Shown here one piece after another: positions 21,109-32,161 of a stretch of DNA of 64,000 nucleotides (position 1 is its first letter; the number at the start of each line of letters is the position of its first letter). Origin of the DNA: Candidatus Bathyarchaeota archaeon. GTDB lineage: Archaea; Thermoproteota; Bathyarchaeia; Bathyarchaeales; Bathycorpusculaceae. A program made the position numbers and the translations under genes. The notes beneath the pieces are model-generated. The model was not told where the DNA came from, did not search any database, and saw only the letters and a program-made list of their open reading frames with translations. The stretch lies in contig CAWABA010000006.1 in NCBI GenBank assembly GCA_963780185.1, forward strand, positions 881,404 to 945,403, in the 5' to 3' direction.

Positions 21109-21372
21109 TTTGTTTACTTAACAGAACTATTGGAAGCGAGCGATGCGAGCGTTAGCGATAATTTTTTAAGAGAGATGCTATATCTTCTGCGCTCGATATT
21201 TGGCGGGGAGCGCTAGCTCCAGTTTCGGTTTTCGCCCCCTTCACCCAAAAGTCGGGAGAGCGGCTTTTCTATGTATGACTCATAAGCGCGGTAGAAGAAA
21301 GAAGTGTAATCGCCTTTTTTGTGAAACAGAAAGCCTTTTTTGTCCAAACGAGAAGAACACATGTGAAAAATC

Positions 21373-21870
21373 ATGCTTGTAGGCGCAATATCAGATACCC
21401 ATGACAATCTGCCTCAGGTTGAGAAGGCAGTAAAGTACTTCAACGAGCAAAAGGTAGGTTTGGTGCTTCATGCCGGCGACTACGTTGCTGGCTTTGTTAT
21501 CCCCAAATTCAAACAGTTAAACTGCAAACTCATCGGCGTCTTCGGCAACAACGACGGCGACCACGAACTCCTCAAGAAACGATTCAGCGAAACCAGCAAC
21601 TGCACGATCCACGAACGATTCACCCACGTAGAAGTCGAAGGCTACAGAATAGCGCTTCTGCATGGAGAAGAAACCGAGTTGCTAAACGCCATTGTCGAAG
21701 GCGGAATCTTTGACGCCGTAATCCACGGGCACTCCCATTACAGCCGCATCGAGAAGAGAGGAAAAACCCTCGCCGTCAACCCAGGCGAACTCTGCGGATA
21801 CCTCACAGGAAAATCTACCCTTGCCATACTGGATACTGCCAAAAATGAAGCAAAAATAATTCAGATTTAA
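21373..21870 (+). CDS. metallophosphoesterase (YfcE/MJ0936 family)
   Basis: SDTHDN, HAGD, GNND, HG, HGHSH, NPGE. Confidence 0.93.
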   Translation: MLVGAISDTHDNLPQVEKAVKYFNEQKVGLVLHAGDYVAGFVIPKFKQLNCKLIGVFGNNDGDHELLKKRFSETSNCTIHERFTHVEVEGYRIALLHGEETELLNAIVEGGIFDAVIHGHSHYSRIEKRGKTLAVNPGELCGYLTGKSTLAILDTAKNEAKIIQI

Positions 21871-21923
21871 TTGGATCAAGAAAAAAATTGTAGCGACTAA
21901 ACTAGTCATTACCAAGGCTTGAG

Positions 21924-22858
21924 TTAACTACCTTTGTTGAAGGGTTCCCGCAGAGTGTTGGCTCTCAAAAACAGCTGTTTCAACTCTTCATCGTCTGCTC
22001 CTGACCGCAAAGGCTTTAGGATGTCGGTTAGGTTGTCGTTTCTCATCAGGCAGGGCTTCAGTTTGCCATCGCTGGTGACGCGCATTCGGGTGCAGTGCAT
22101 GCAAAAATCCGTGTTTTCGATGGGGTGCACGACTTCGACGGTTACGTTTGGCAGATGGTAGATGAGGCGGTTATGCATGAAGGGGCGGCTCTCAACTGTC
22201 ACGGCTTTCTCTTTGAGGAGCTGTTCTTGCTCGTCTAGGCTGCGGTGATGCGTCAAGTAGTAGTCGCTGCTGACGTTGACAGGGTCAAGTTCAATGAGCT
22301 GCAGAACAACGCTGTTTTGCCGAGCATACTCAATCAAATCGGGAACATCGCCCACATTCACATCCTTCAAAATAACCATGTTAAGCTTCACAGGGCAGAA
22401 ACCAGCCTCAATAGCAGATTTAACCCCAGCCAACGCATCCTCAAGTTTTCCGCCCGTTAATCTACGGTAAGTTTCCGCGTTCAGCAGAAGGCAAACTCAC
22501 GTTCACACGCTTCAACCCGCGAGTACAAAGGTCCTTAGCCATTCGGCTCAGCAACAAACCATTCGTCGTCAATGACAGGTCTTTCAAACCCTGGATTGCA
22601 GCTATGCCTGAAACAATTTCTGGGAGGTCTCTGCGCATAAGCGGTTCGCCTCCCGTCAGTTTCACGCGTGCGATGCCGAGGCTAACGGCGATTCGAGCTA
22701 TGCGCACAATTTCTTCTGCGGTCATTTTCTCAGCTGAGCGGTTGGCGCGTTGAACTTCCCCTTCCCGATGGCAGTAGGCGCAGCGGTTGTTGCATCGCTG
22801 GGTAATCGAAATCCGTCAGGTTAAGGAGGGGTCTGCCGCAGTTGTCGGTTAAACTCAT
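21924..22858 (-). CDS. moaA: GTP 3',8-cyclase (frameshifts near 22815 and 22460)
   Basis: D.CGR, CNNRCAYC radical-SAM motif, KLTGGEPL, TTNG, FCMHCTRMR.TSDGKLKPCL. Confidence 0.92.
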
Positions 22859-22861
22859 TCG

Positions 22862-23397
22862 TTATTCACGCGCGTGCTTAACGATGTGAGGCGACTCGGG
22901 CAAAATAAGCATTTCTGCCGCAACCCGCACGGCATCTGGGGAGCCTGGAATACAAAACAGAGCTTTACCTTTGGCTACGCCTGCGGCGGCGCGGGATAGA
23001 ACTGCGGCTGAGCCGACTTTGCCAAAGCTTATGGCTCTGAAGAACTCGCCGAAGCCAGGCAAGGTTTTCTCGAAGAAGGGGGTAACCGTTTCGATGGTGA
23101 CGTCGGTGTGCGTGATGCCTGTTCCGCCTGAAAAGATGACGGCGTCTAAACTGGGCGTGTCTAAGGCTTCTTTGACGGCGCCGGAAATCAACTCTTTGTC
23201 ATCAGCGATTATTCGTTTGAAAAGCACATTCTGCTGCGCCTTTTTGAGCAGTTCAACCAACGTGTCGCCGCCTACGTCGTCAACGTTTTTTTCGCCCGTT
23301 TTGAATTTGAGCGATAACGAGAAGTGCTGCAGATGTAGATTCCGAAGTTGAGGGTTTTCTGCGCTTTAGCTTTATGAGTTTTTGAAGTTTCACTCAT
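22862..23397 (-). CDS. moaB: molybdenum cofactor biosynthesis protein MoaB/MogA (frameshift near 23300)
   Basis: MSETSKTHK N-terminus, GGTG...DVT.E, LPGFGE.FR, LSRA.AG, PGSP. Confidence 0.88.
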
Positions 23398-23842
23398 GCT
23401 GCTGCACCTGCTGCTTGAATTTGCGCACGACGTGAATATTTTCAATCGCGGTGGACGGGTACTGCCCCGCGGAGTCTTTCTCATACTGCTTTGTCATGTC
23501 CCAAACAGTGAGCAAACCCATTGAAACCGCGGCGAGCGCCTCCATCTCCACGCCCGTTTGCGCCTTGGCTTTCACCGTCGCCGAAACCTCAACCGACCCT
23601 TCGCCGCACACTTTGACGTCTACCTGCACGTTGGTTAAAGGCAGCGGGTGGCAAAGAGGAATCAAACTGCTCGTCTTCTTCGCAGCCAGAACCCCAGCGA
23701 TCTTCGCCGTGTAAAGCGGGTCGCCTTTAGCGATTTTTCCAGCCAAAATCAAGCCGATTGTCTCCGGCTTCAGCTTTATCGTTCCCGACGCTGTTGCTTC
23801 CCGGAAGATTTCTGCTTTATCTGAAACATCAACCATTGCCAA
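23390..23842 (-). CDS. moaC: cyclic pyranopterin monophosphate synthase
   Basis: MVDVS.K, KGD, LIPLCHP, TGVEMEAL, WDM.K. Confidence 0.95.
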   Translation of the reverse strand: MAMVDVSDKAEIFREATASGTIKLKPETIGLILAGKIAKGDPLYTAKIAGVLAAKKTSSLIPLCHPLPLTNVQVDVKVCGEGSVEVSATVKAKAQTGVEMEALAAVSMGLLTVWDMTKQYEKDSAGQYPSTAIENIHVVRKFKQQVQQHE

Positions 23843-23930
23843 GTGCTTTTCCCCGTTAGCGTTTTGTTCTCGTGATAATTCTGTTTTCCTTTCTTGTATG
23901 TCTTTTTGTTTTTGAGAATGGACAGGCTGC

Positions 23931-24230
23931 CTATTTGCTTTGTTCCCACGCTTCTATCAGGTTTTTGACTGCCTTCGCTTTGTCGGAGGCTTCGTTGAAC
24001 CTGTACATGCGAACCCGACCGTAAGCAAGCTCCTGCAGAATTCCTTCCTTCTCCAAAACTTTGAGGTGCTCAGCGGTCGCCGCGAAGTTGCTTCCAAGTC
24101 GACGCGCAATATCCGAAACGTTAAGGGAACCCAATTCGTAGAGTAGTTTTAGGATTTTCATGCGTAGTTTCGATGAAAAAACCTCTTCAAGCTCCAATTC
24201 TTGGTCACGTCCTTCCTTTTTCGGCGGCAA
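23931..24230 (-). CDS. ArsR-like winged-helix protein downstream of cdc6
   Basis: VFSSKLRMKIL..L...LNVS.IARRL.......HLKVL...GIL. Confidence 0.85.
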   Translation of the reverse strand: MPPKKEGRDQELELEEVFSSKLRMKILKLLYELGSLNVSDIARRLGSNFAATAEHLKVLEKEGILQELAYGRVRMYRFNEASDKAKAVKNLIEAWEQSK

Positions 24231-25395
24231 GCGAGGCGCTTAACTCTTTTTCAAGTTCCAACGCTGGGATAGCGGGCAGGGAAACTTGGGTTGATCTTCC
24301 CCGCGCGGTTGAGGAGGCAACTTCGATTTTGATGATGCCTATGGATGAGAGGTACTGGGCGTAATTCCAAATTTGGGTGTGGCTGACGGTTTTTTCGTTG
24401 AATTCTTCGCAGACAACCTCGTAAGCCTTCTCAACCTCAGATAGGGAGGCGTAGGCTTGCTCGTTTTCTTTGAAGAAGCGTGCTACAGCTAGCAGGAAAA
24501 GTTTTTGATGCAGCCCCAGGGAGGTTAGGTCGCTGCGTCGCATGGTTGGGATGATGCTGGAGACTGCGAGTCGGACGCATTCAGGCTCAACCATGTCGGC
24601 GTCGTTGGAGTCAGCGTATTTGCCTGCTCGCCACAGCAGCTCGATTCCGAAGCGGGCGTTCCCCGTTTCCTTAAACGCTAACTCCGCGATCAAGGCGACG
24701 ACGTCTTCCTCTATTGCGCCGGGTTCAAACGCCATGGCTACGCGGTCGCCCAAGATGTCGATTAGCTGTTCTTTGCCGTAGCTTTGAAGGCGGATGATGC
24801 TGCGTTGCAGGGTGCTTTTTGAGCTTGCATCCAGCTGCTCTATCGCTTTTAGGTCGCGCATGATGAAGATGAAGGAGAGCCGCTGCGGTTTGCCTTGCCG
24901 CATCTCCTGTAGCCGCGTGAGTTTGTAGACGGCGTCTGAGCCTTCGTTTTCGATGACGCTGTCAAACTCGTCCAGCGTAAGCACCACCGAAACCTCCTCT
25001 TCGTCCAGAACCTGCATGAGCGCCGAGAGGATTTCCTCTTCTGAGTATCCTCGGGACGGGTAGGTGGGGCGGAAAGCGGCGAGTGCATGATGGATGATTG
25101 GGAGCAGGCTGCCGCGGAACTCTCGGCAGTTAACGTGTATGTAACGGAACTTTACGGCTCGCCTGTTGGCTTCCGAGGTGAGGGCTGCGCCGAAGTGCTG
25201 GGCAAGAACCGTTTTCCCCGTTCCCACGTCGCCTGTTAAGATGACGCGTTGAGCCATCCGCTCTGGGCAACGGGTCACGAAGCTGAAAAACTCCATCAGC
25301 AACCGAAGCTCCGATTCGCGGTGAGGAAGCTTCTGCGGCACGTAATTTATGTCAAGCCTCGACTCATCCTTAAACACACTTCTATGCATCCGCAA
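24205..25395 (-). CDS. cdc6: ORC1/Cdc6 replication initiator family AAA+ protein
   Basis: YVP..LPHRE, Walker A GDVGTGKT, VNC, Walker B LDEFD, GNAR, C-terminal wHTH with RGR. Confidence 0.95.
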   Translation of the reverse strand: MRMHRSVFKDESRLDINYVPQKLPHRESELRLLMEFFSFVTRCPERMAQRVILTGDVGTGKTVLAQHFGAALTSEANRRAVKFRYIHVNCREFRGSLLPIIHHALAAFRPTYPSRGYSEEEILSALMQVLDEEEVSVVLTLDEFDSVIENEGSDAVYKLTRLQEMRQGKPQRLSFIFIMRDLKAIEQLDASSKSTLQRSIIRLQSYGKEQLIDILGDRVAMAFEPGAIEEDVVALIAELAFKETGNARFGIELLWRAGKYADSNDADMVEPECVRLAVSSIIPTMRRSDLTSLGLHQKLFLLAVARFFKENEQAYASLSEVEKAYEVVCEEFNEKTVSHTQIWNYAQYLSSIGIIKIEVASSTARGRSTQVSLPAIPALELEKELSASLAAEKGRT

Positions 25396-26080
25396 ACCCG
25401 ATTCCTCAGCCGAAAGATTCCCAAATCCGATTTAACACCTACAGTTGCAGTAAAACCCTAATAAATCCATTTAGCAAAGACCCTCCTTGTTGAATCCGAT
25501 TTAAGCCGTCGCCTATAGAAATCGCGTGCTTTAGAAGAAACCCGTCAAAATGTGTATTTATCAATTTTCAAGCAGTAAGACAGCTTCTCGTTTCAAAGTA
25601 ACACCCAACGCATTCACCATATTGACCAACGCTAAAACGTGGTTGCTTTAGTAAAACTCAAATTGTGAAAAGGGCAATTTTTACTTTGTGTTGTTTTAGC
25701 ATGTCTCACATATACAACAGGATAAGCGTAATGCAGAAAGCAGGATCTAATGTCTGTCAGGTTTAAGCTTCTATCCACATAGGGCATCTAACCTTAGAGA
25801 ACGCTCAATACGGTATTATACCGTTAAAGACTGCAGAAGAACTTTTGCCAATGGAAGATGGGTCTATGAACAGCTTGATTACTGCCCAAATCTGTAAGCA
25901 GAAAATGATAGCTCTGTCAGAACCTTATTGCAATTTAGCAATCCTTCAATTTCTTTGCGATAAGAAGATATAGGTGTCTTGTGAGTAAAAATTCTGACGA
26001 AACATAATTACTTTGGTAATTCAGAATCCATTGCTATATTTCGGGAAAGTTATTTATAGTTTCTCACAAGCAGTCGTTTA

Positions 26081-26399
26081 GCGGGTTATTTGGACTAGGC
26101 AGTTGAATGCTTGTTCATGCGCTTGGTTTTCGCACTCGCTTGACCTTTTGTTATATCATCGATTTCTAGGTTACGTTTAATAGCCCAATTGAATTTAGAA
26201 TCTTAATAGCCTGCAACACGCAACGAATAACAACCTGATTACTGCTTCGGAAGTTACTCAGATTTGCCTAGTTTGTTATTCCTCTTATTGGTTTCAATAT
26301 TGTTGGTATAAAAGGTTATGAAAGGCAAATCTGAATCAAGAATACGTTGCTTGAACAAGCGAGATCAGATCAACAGCTTTTCTTAGACTGATATTCCGT
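26081..26399 (+). ncRNA. candidate ~320-nt structured non-coding RNA
   Basis: BRE/TATA GAAAGTTATTTATA at 26045-26058; nested inverted repeats; no ORF; no known family recognised. Confidence 0.35.
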
Positions 26400-26497
26400 G
26401 AATCTTCGCCGGAGACCATACTTCAAAGTTGTCAGAACCATGTTTTGATAAGGCTTAAAAGCTCCTAGGTCGAGTACATTCCAATACGTGACCCGTC

Positions 26498-27788
26498 ATG
26501 GTTGATGTTTGGCTTCCCTACGGAAAAACCGACGTTTGCGTCCGAGTTCCAGCCCGAAACCTGCTCGGCACAATCGAGCCCGCCGACCGCCAAGGCGCAG
26601 CAGACGCCAAAGCAGAAGTTGAACGGGCATTAAAAGACCCATTCCCAGTCGGTTCAAAGCGCCTAAGCGAAATCGCCAAGCCCGAGAGCAAAGTCGCCAT
26701 CGTGGTTGACGACGGAACCCGCAAAACTCCAACCGAAACGATGCTGCTGCCCGTTCTCGCCGAATTGAATATGGCAGGCGTCAAAGACGAGAACATCACG
26801 GTTATTTTCGGCTGCGGGACCCACCGCGCGGTTAAGCCTGAAGAAGCCGCCGTGCTGCTTGGCGCCGAAGCCTCAAAACGGGTAAAAGCTGTCAGCCATG
26901 ACTGCCAAGCCACAGATTTGGTGAACATCGGCACAACAAAAACGCACGGCAACAAAATGCATGGTTAACCGAGTTTTCGCCGAAGCAGACGTACGAGTGC
27001 TTTTAGGCGACGTTGGCTTTCACTATTATGCGGGTTACGGCGGCGGAAGAAAAAGCGTTTTGCCCGCGGTCTGCGGCGAAGAAACCATCAAGCAGAACCA
27101 CGCCTTGCTGCTGCACGCCAACTCGCGGACGGGAAACTTGGAAGATAACCCTGTGCATCGGGACATGACTGAGGCCGCTCGGCTAGCCAAAGTTGACTTC
27201 ATCGTGAACGTTGTTGAAAACAAGAAGGGTGAAATCGTAAAAGCCTTCGCTGGAGACTTGGAGCAGGCTTTTCTGGAAGCCGTCAAACTGGTGGATGAAA
27301 TGTACCGTGTAACAATCGACCGCAGAGCCGACATTTTAGTGGTAAGCGCAGGCGGGAACCCAGCGGACATAAACCTGTATCAAGCTTACAAAGCGTTGGA
27401 TAACGTTTTGGACGCGGTGAAACGGGGCGGCGTCATAATTTTGGTGGCTGAGTGCCCTGAAGGGCACGGGAACCAAGTGTTTTACGATTGGATGAGCCGT
27501 CTGGGCGACCTCAAAAACGTGGAGCGCGAAATCAAACATAACTTTGTCTTGGGCGGACACAAAGCATACTACCTCCTAAAAGCCCTGCAAAACCACCAAA
27601 TAATCTTGGTTTCTTCGCTGCCCGACTATTACGCAACAAGCATCTTCAAGCTGAAGACCGCCCGCGCCGTAAACGATGCGTTGGCTGAAGCGTTAAAGAT
27701 AGCTGGTTCGGCTTCGAGGGTTTGGGCGGTTCCTCAAGGCAGCTACACGTTGCCAGTGTTTAAGGCTCCTGAAGAAATAAAGGCTTAA
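26498..27788 (+). CDS. larA: nickel-dependent lactate racemase family protein (frameshift near 26962)
   Basis: LPYG, DD.TR, GTHR, HD, HYYAGYGGGRKS..P, NLYQA.K, ECPEGHG. Confidence 0.9.
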
Positions 27789-27878
27789 GCCATCTGCCTG
27801 CAGCCAAAAATGCGGTTGATGGATGATTAAGCGTAACCTTTAAGTTTACATGGTGAAATCTCCTTTAAGAAAGGCGGA

Positions 27879-28360
27879 ATGATGCAGCAGACTTTCACTC
27901 TTCGCAAATTCGTTCCTGGCGACTTACAAAATGTAATGCAGGTAAACCGTGTCTGTTTACCAGAAAACTACACCGACTTCTTCTTTATCGACTTGCACCA
28001 GCGTTTTCCAGAAACCTTCATTGTAGCGGAGGAAAACGGGGAAATGGCGGGTTACATCATGTGCCGCATAGAAGTCGGCTTGTCAAATTATGGTTTCGGC
28101 GGCTTGATTCGGAAGGGGCATGTGGTATCCATCGCGGTTATGCCGCAATCATCAGGCGAAAAGGAGTCGCCAAGGCAGTAATCACTAAGGCGTTGGAAGG
28201 CATGGAGTACTACAAGGCTAAACAATGCTTCCTCGAAGTCAGAGTCACCAACGACGCGGCAATTTCGCTGTACAAGAAGCTTGGGTTCGAAAACACCCGA
28301 ACCCTAAACGGGTACTACTCAGACGGCGAAGACGCCTACGTCATGACCAAAAGACTATAA
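27879..28360 (+). CDS. rimI: RimI/Ard1 N-acetyltransferase (frameshift near 28150)
   Basis: LPENY, GYIMCRIE, GHVVSIAV, LEVRVTN..A..LY.KLGF, YYSDGEDAY.M. Confidence 0.92.
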
Positions 28361-28845
28361 TCGAGCTTTACTTCTTTTCAATTTTGGTCATCTAATTATT
28401 ATGTGGGCTTCTTGTTGAGTTCATGTTCATTCCGTTAAACATTATGCTCCTTATGTTTACGTTCGTTATCCTTAGGTCAAAAATTTATTTAACCAAACCA
28501 ACCCCAACTGGTAGTGCTCACCTTGTTTTAATAATCTAACGAATGTTGGATTTAGGTCATTTCTGCTCAGTCTCCATCTCATCCTTAGGATTAATCATGG
28601 TTTTTTATGAAAGTTTGCTTTTGAAAAGTAAAAAATTGAATTAATAGAAAAAGTTCCATTATTTTTTTGTTCACCAAGCCTTATATGCAATATTAAATAC
28701 ATAACTATTAATACGGTCTATTTCGCAGAGTGCAAGAATCAAAATGAAAACTTGGTCATCTATTGTAGTTGCGTGTATTTTGTTTTTTGTTTCTATCTTT
28801 GTCGGTTCTTTTGCTTGACGCAAAATTCTGCAGGACATTGGTGGC

Positions 28846-29247
28846 TTGGTCATAGTTTCATCGTTTTCGCGGGTTCTCCTTGAGAGCTTCAATAAAATAC
28901 CATTGCAGACCCAGATAACTAATACATACGCTGATTACTTTTTATACCAAACGCGAAAAAAGATATTGATCAGTTCTCTTCCCATAATAATTGTTGTAAG
29001 GTTGTCTCAAGCCACCATTACAAACGCTGCAGATATTATCCTTCTTATAAGAAAACGTTATAATTTTCAGATAAGCCCAGGCACAGTTTATCCTGTCTTT
29101 TACAAGCTTGAAATAGAAGAATACATTAAGAGATTACCAAACAGAAGAAAGAAAATGTATGTACTGACCAATAAAGGCAACGGCTTAATGTCTCAAGAAA
29201 TTGCTAGAATCTTATTGGCCTTTGATATCTTATTTGAATATATCTAA
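28846..29247 (+). CDS. PadR-like winged-helix regulator (N-terminus uncertain, possibly degenerate)
   Basis: ISPGTVYPVFYKLE...YI......KMYVLTNKG. Confidence 0.6.
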   Translation: MVIVSSFSRVLLESFNKIPLQTQITNTYADYFLYQTRKKILISSLPIIIVVRLSQATITNAADIILLIRKRYNFQISPGTVYPVFYKLEIEEYIKRLPNRRKKMYVLTNKGNGLMSQEIARILLAFDILFEYI

Positions 29248-29505
29248 GCTGATGTGAGTATACTCATTTTTAACTACCTCAATTCTTTTTTATCGTTTTG
29301 TTAAGAATACCCTGAAGTACTTCGAAACGCTTTTATTAAGAAAAAATCGATGAAACGTAGAAGATGAGGGATTAACGACAAAATAGCCCCCCCTTGTCTT
29401 ACTCATTTATTCCACCTTGCGAAAGTTCGATTAAAAAACGGCTTAGCCCTTCAATCTCCTTCCTATTTTTAAAGACGATGTGTAACTTAATCCCATCAGA
29501 TGTTT

Positions 29506-29991
29506 TCATTCTTTAACTACTTTTGAGACTATTAAATAGTACAGTAATAGCGATATGAATAAAATTCCTGTGCCAGCAAAGAATAGAATTCCTGCTTGGA
29601 AGGAATATTGATGCCAGAATGAAACTTGATTTATCCCTGTCTGTTGAATAATCGGTCGCGATAAGTAGAGTGAGATTAAGAATGTGGCTATACCCATAAA
29701 GGCATACCCGAGTATATTTGGAATCAACGCTACATAGATAACTCTGGGCACTTTTTCGCTTGTTTTTAAGTACCTTTTGTTGCATCTTAATCTCTTGAAT
29801 CCAGGAATTATTATCATCGCAATTATGACAAAACTGGCAATAAGTCCTAATAGGGTAAACACAGAATTTTTGAATGTGGCAAAATAATAAGAATCGTTGA
29901 TAGCTATCATCCACATTCCGATAAATAAGAAGTAAATCCCTAAATTGATGCGAGCAACGTCAAAATTTAACTCTTTTCCAATTTTGTTCAT
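29506..29991 (-). CDS. hypothetical 4-TM membrane protein
   Basis: 161 aa, four hydrophobic segments, AT-rich. Confidence 0.65.
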   Translation of the reverse strand: MNKIGKELNFDVARINLGIYFLFIGMWMIAINDSYYFATFKNSVFTLLGLIASFVIIAMIIIPGFKRLRCNKRYLKTSEKVPRVIYVALIPNILGYAFMGIATFLISLYLSRPIIQQTGINQVSFWHQYSFQAGILFFAGTGILFISLLLYYLIVSKVVKE

Positions 29992-30145
29992 GTATGATTA
30001 CAACTGCCAAAATAGATTTAAGACTATTGATATTTCGAAATTCGAATTCTTGCCAAAACTTATTAGCGATAGCAAATCAACGTAACCTTTGAGCGTCGAG
30101 TGTGGGACGCAATGACAAGAAATACCCAAATAAGGAAATGAAAAT

Positions 30146-31903
30146 ATGAAAAAAGAAATAAAAGCTCTAGTACTTATGACAATTTTGTTAATGTCGTTCG
30201 CAACTTCTTTAGGTATAGTGAAAGGACAAACAACAAATACACAATCGCAATCCGATAACAATTTGCAGAAAACATTGGACAAAATGTTCGTTAAAGAACT
30301 GGGGCTCTCTTCAAACATTACAGCCATCACAAGCTCAGTCAATTTGTCTGAAAACACCAAGTCTGGGGGTTTCACTTACGCCGGCCGCTTTTCTTCAGGG
30401 AGTAGCCAATATTTTGTTCAGTCAAACTATCTAGTTCAACGATCTCAAGTAGGCGCCAACGGGCAAAATTCGGTAATAACATGCGAAAAGACGACCATAA
30501 GAGGCTTTATAAATTCTACTTATGACTATAAAGAGGTAAATGTAACATCAAACAATTGCGTTATGACCCATAGAACATTAAACATGCAAATCACTAATGG
30601 TTCAACTGAATTTTTTGACATTAACTCTCACATTTCAAGCTCATTAGAAACAAAAGCAATTTTGACAAACCGTGCGACAATTGACCAAAATGCGACCAAT
30701 CCAATCGGGACTTACCAGGTAAACACCACGTCACAAAATAATTCTACCAGTGGAGTTGTTACAATGCCTGACGGAAGTCAAATAACAGTGTCTTCCGGTC
30801 AGATCCCGCCTGACCAAGCTTCAAATGTGCAGTCTGAGCAGAACAGGATTTCACCTATGGATAGCCAATACGATGATCATGGAAATTCAGCACATACTGC
30901 ATCCAATGGAAACCATGATGTGTGGTGTTTATGGGTTTGGTGCACCGCAACCTATTGGAATGACGGCTGGTTCGTTGCTTACTTTGTAACGGTACTAATA
31001 GCCCAAATTGGCGGTGCTGCAGCACTCCCACTCTTTCCATATATAATGGTTATAACGGGCGCATGGGTAGCGTATATGCAGTGGCAGGGAGGCCATTACG
31101 AGGCTTTGATGACTGGCACATACACCAATTACTACTGGACGTATGTTACCTTCGTTTACGAATATTACGGCATTGGCTGGCTGTCAATCCCATTGGCAGA
31201 TTGCTATGAATCAGGGTATTACACTAATGAAATCGATGGCGTTCCTCAGAGTGGCTGGGCATATTATCCAGTCCTCCAGTACTGCACCCCTCATTATGCG
31301 TCCCTCGAAGTTAGCTTGTATGAGGCGCACGCCAGTATATGGCCTTACGACCCACCAGCAGTTGTTTACGTGACTCTACAAGTTTACGATGATTCCAGCG
31401 CAAGTTACCTTAGCAATATTCCAGTTTGCATAGATGGTAGTTGGGTGCCTAGTGGGAACACCTTTTTAGCACCAGCAAGCGATCACATATTTTCTGCGGC
31501 TGACTCAGACTCTGTAGGGGCTTTCAATTGCTTTTACAACGGTACCAATTATTTTGGTAACTCAGCAGATATAATAATCTCTCCAGACGCAACGGTAACT
31601 GCTTACTACAACTACATACCAACATTTAACATAGTAATTTCTGCTAATGATCCTGGGAGTAACCCTGTCCAAACTAATGTTTACATAAATAGTGTCTACG
31701 CTGGAACAACTGATCTATATACAGGGTATCTATCGTTGAATTTGCCTCTTGGCTTCTATAGCTTCTCTGAGGACTATCTTGGCTGGGACAACAATTGGAA
31801 TACGTACGTCCCCTTTGTGGCGATATTCTCAAGTAGTCTAGATGGCGATGGAAATCTAGTGGTAACTGGGGACGACACATACGTCGGCCTATATTACTAT
31901 TAA
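30146..31903 (+). CDS. secreted hypothetical protein with central hydrophobic hairpin and C-terminal PEGA-like beta domains
   Basis: Signal peptide; S/T/N-rich N-region; W/Y/G-rich core with about 45-aa hydrophobic stretch; V.IDG and VYIN..YAG.T motifs. Confidence 0.7.
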   Translation: MKKEIKALVLMTILLMSFATSLGIVKGQTTNTQSQSDNNLQKTLDKMFVKELGLSSNITAITSSVNLSENTKSGGFTYAGRFSSGSSQYFVQSNYLVQRSQVGANGQNSVITCEKTTIRGFINSTYDYKEVNVTSNNCVMTHRTLNMQITNGSTEFFDINSHISSSLETKAILTNRATIDQNATNPIGTYQVNTTSQNNSTSGVVTMPDGSQITVSSGQIPPDQASNVQSEQNRISPMDSQYDDHGNSAHTASNGNHDVWCLWVWCTATYWNDGWFVAYFVTVLIAQIGGAAALPLFPYIMVITGAWVAYMQWQGGHYEALMTGTYTNYYWTYVTFVYEYYGIGWLSIPLADCYESGYYTNEIDGVPQSGWAYYPVLQYCTPHYASLEVSLYEAHASIWPYDPPAVVYVTLQVYDDSSASYLSNIPVCIDGSWVPSGNTFLAPASDHIFSAADSDSVGAFNCFYNGTNYFGNSADIIISPDATVTAYYNYIPTFNIVISANDPGSNPVQTNVYINSVYAGTTDLYTGYLSLNLPLGFYSFSEDYLGWDNNWNTYVPFVAIFSSSLDGDGNLVVTGDDTYVGLYYY

Positions 31904-32161
31904 ATAATCCTTTTTTTTTCGTTTAATCCCTCCTTATTGTAAAAGGCAATGAGTATTTTCTGGTCATCCATTTGCTGTTTTCACATGAGGTCGTGTGGCT
32001 TTGCAAGTTCATTTTTTTCGCCTTACTTTTTCGGCTTGCAAGTGTAATTACCGAGGACCACTTCGTATTTTCAGTCTTTATTGTTCTGAGTTGTATCGGC
32101 TGGCGGTTACCATATTTTTATTGGAAGAGTCAGCCTGTTACTGTTTGTTCATAAAAATCGA

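Noticed and set aside
21202-21260. TPP riboswitch, hammerhead ribozyme or 5S rRNA
   Set aside because: GGGGAGC..GCT start is TPP-like but UGAGA and P4/P5 are missing; no CUGAUGA core; no 5S conserved motifs.
25396-26497. oriC next to cdc6
   Set aside because: AT-rich and ORF-free, but I found no canonical ORB (TTCCAGTGGAAAC plus G-string), so an origin cannot be supported.
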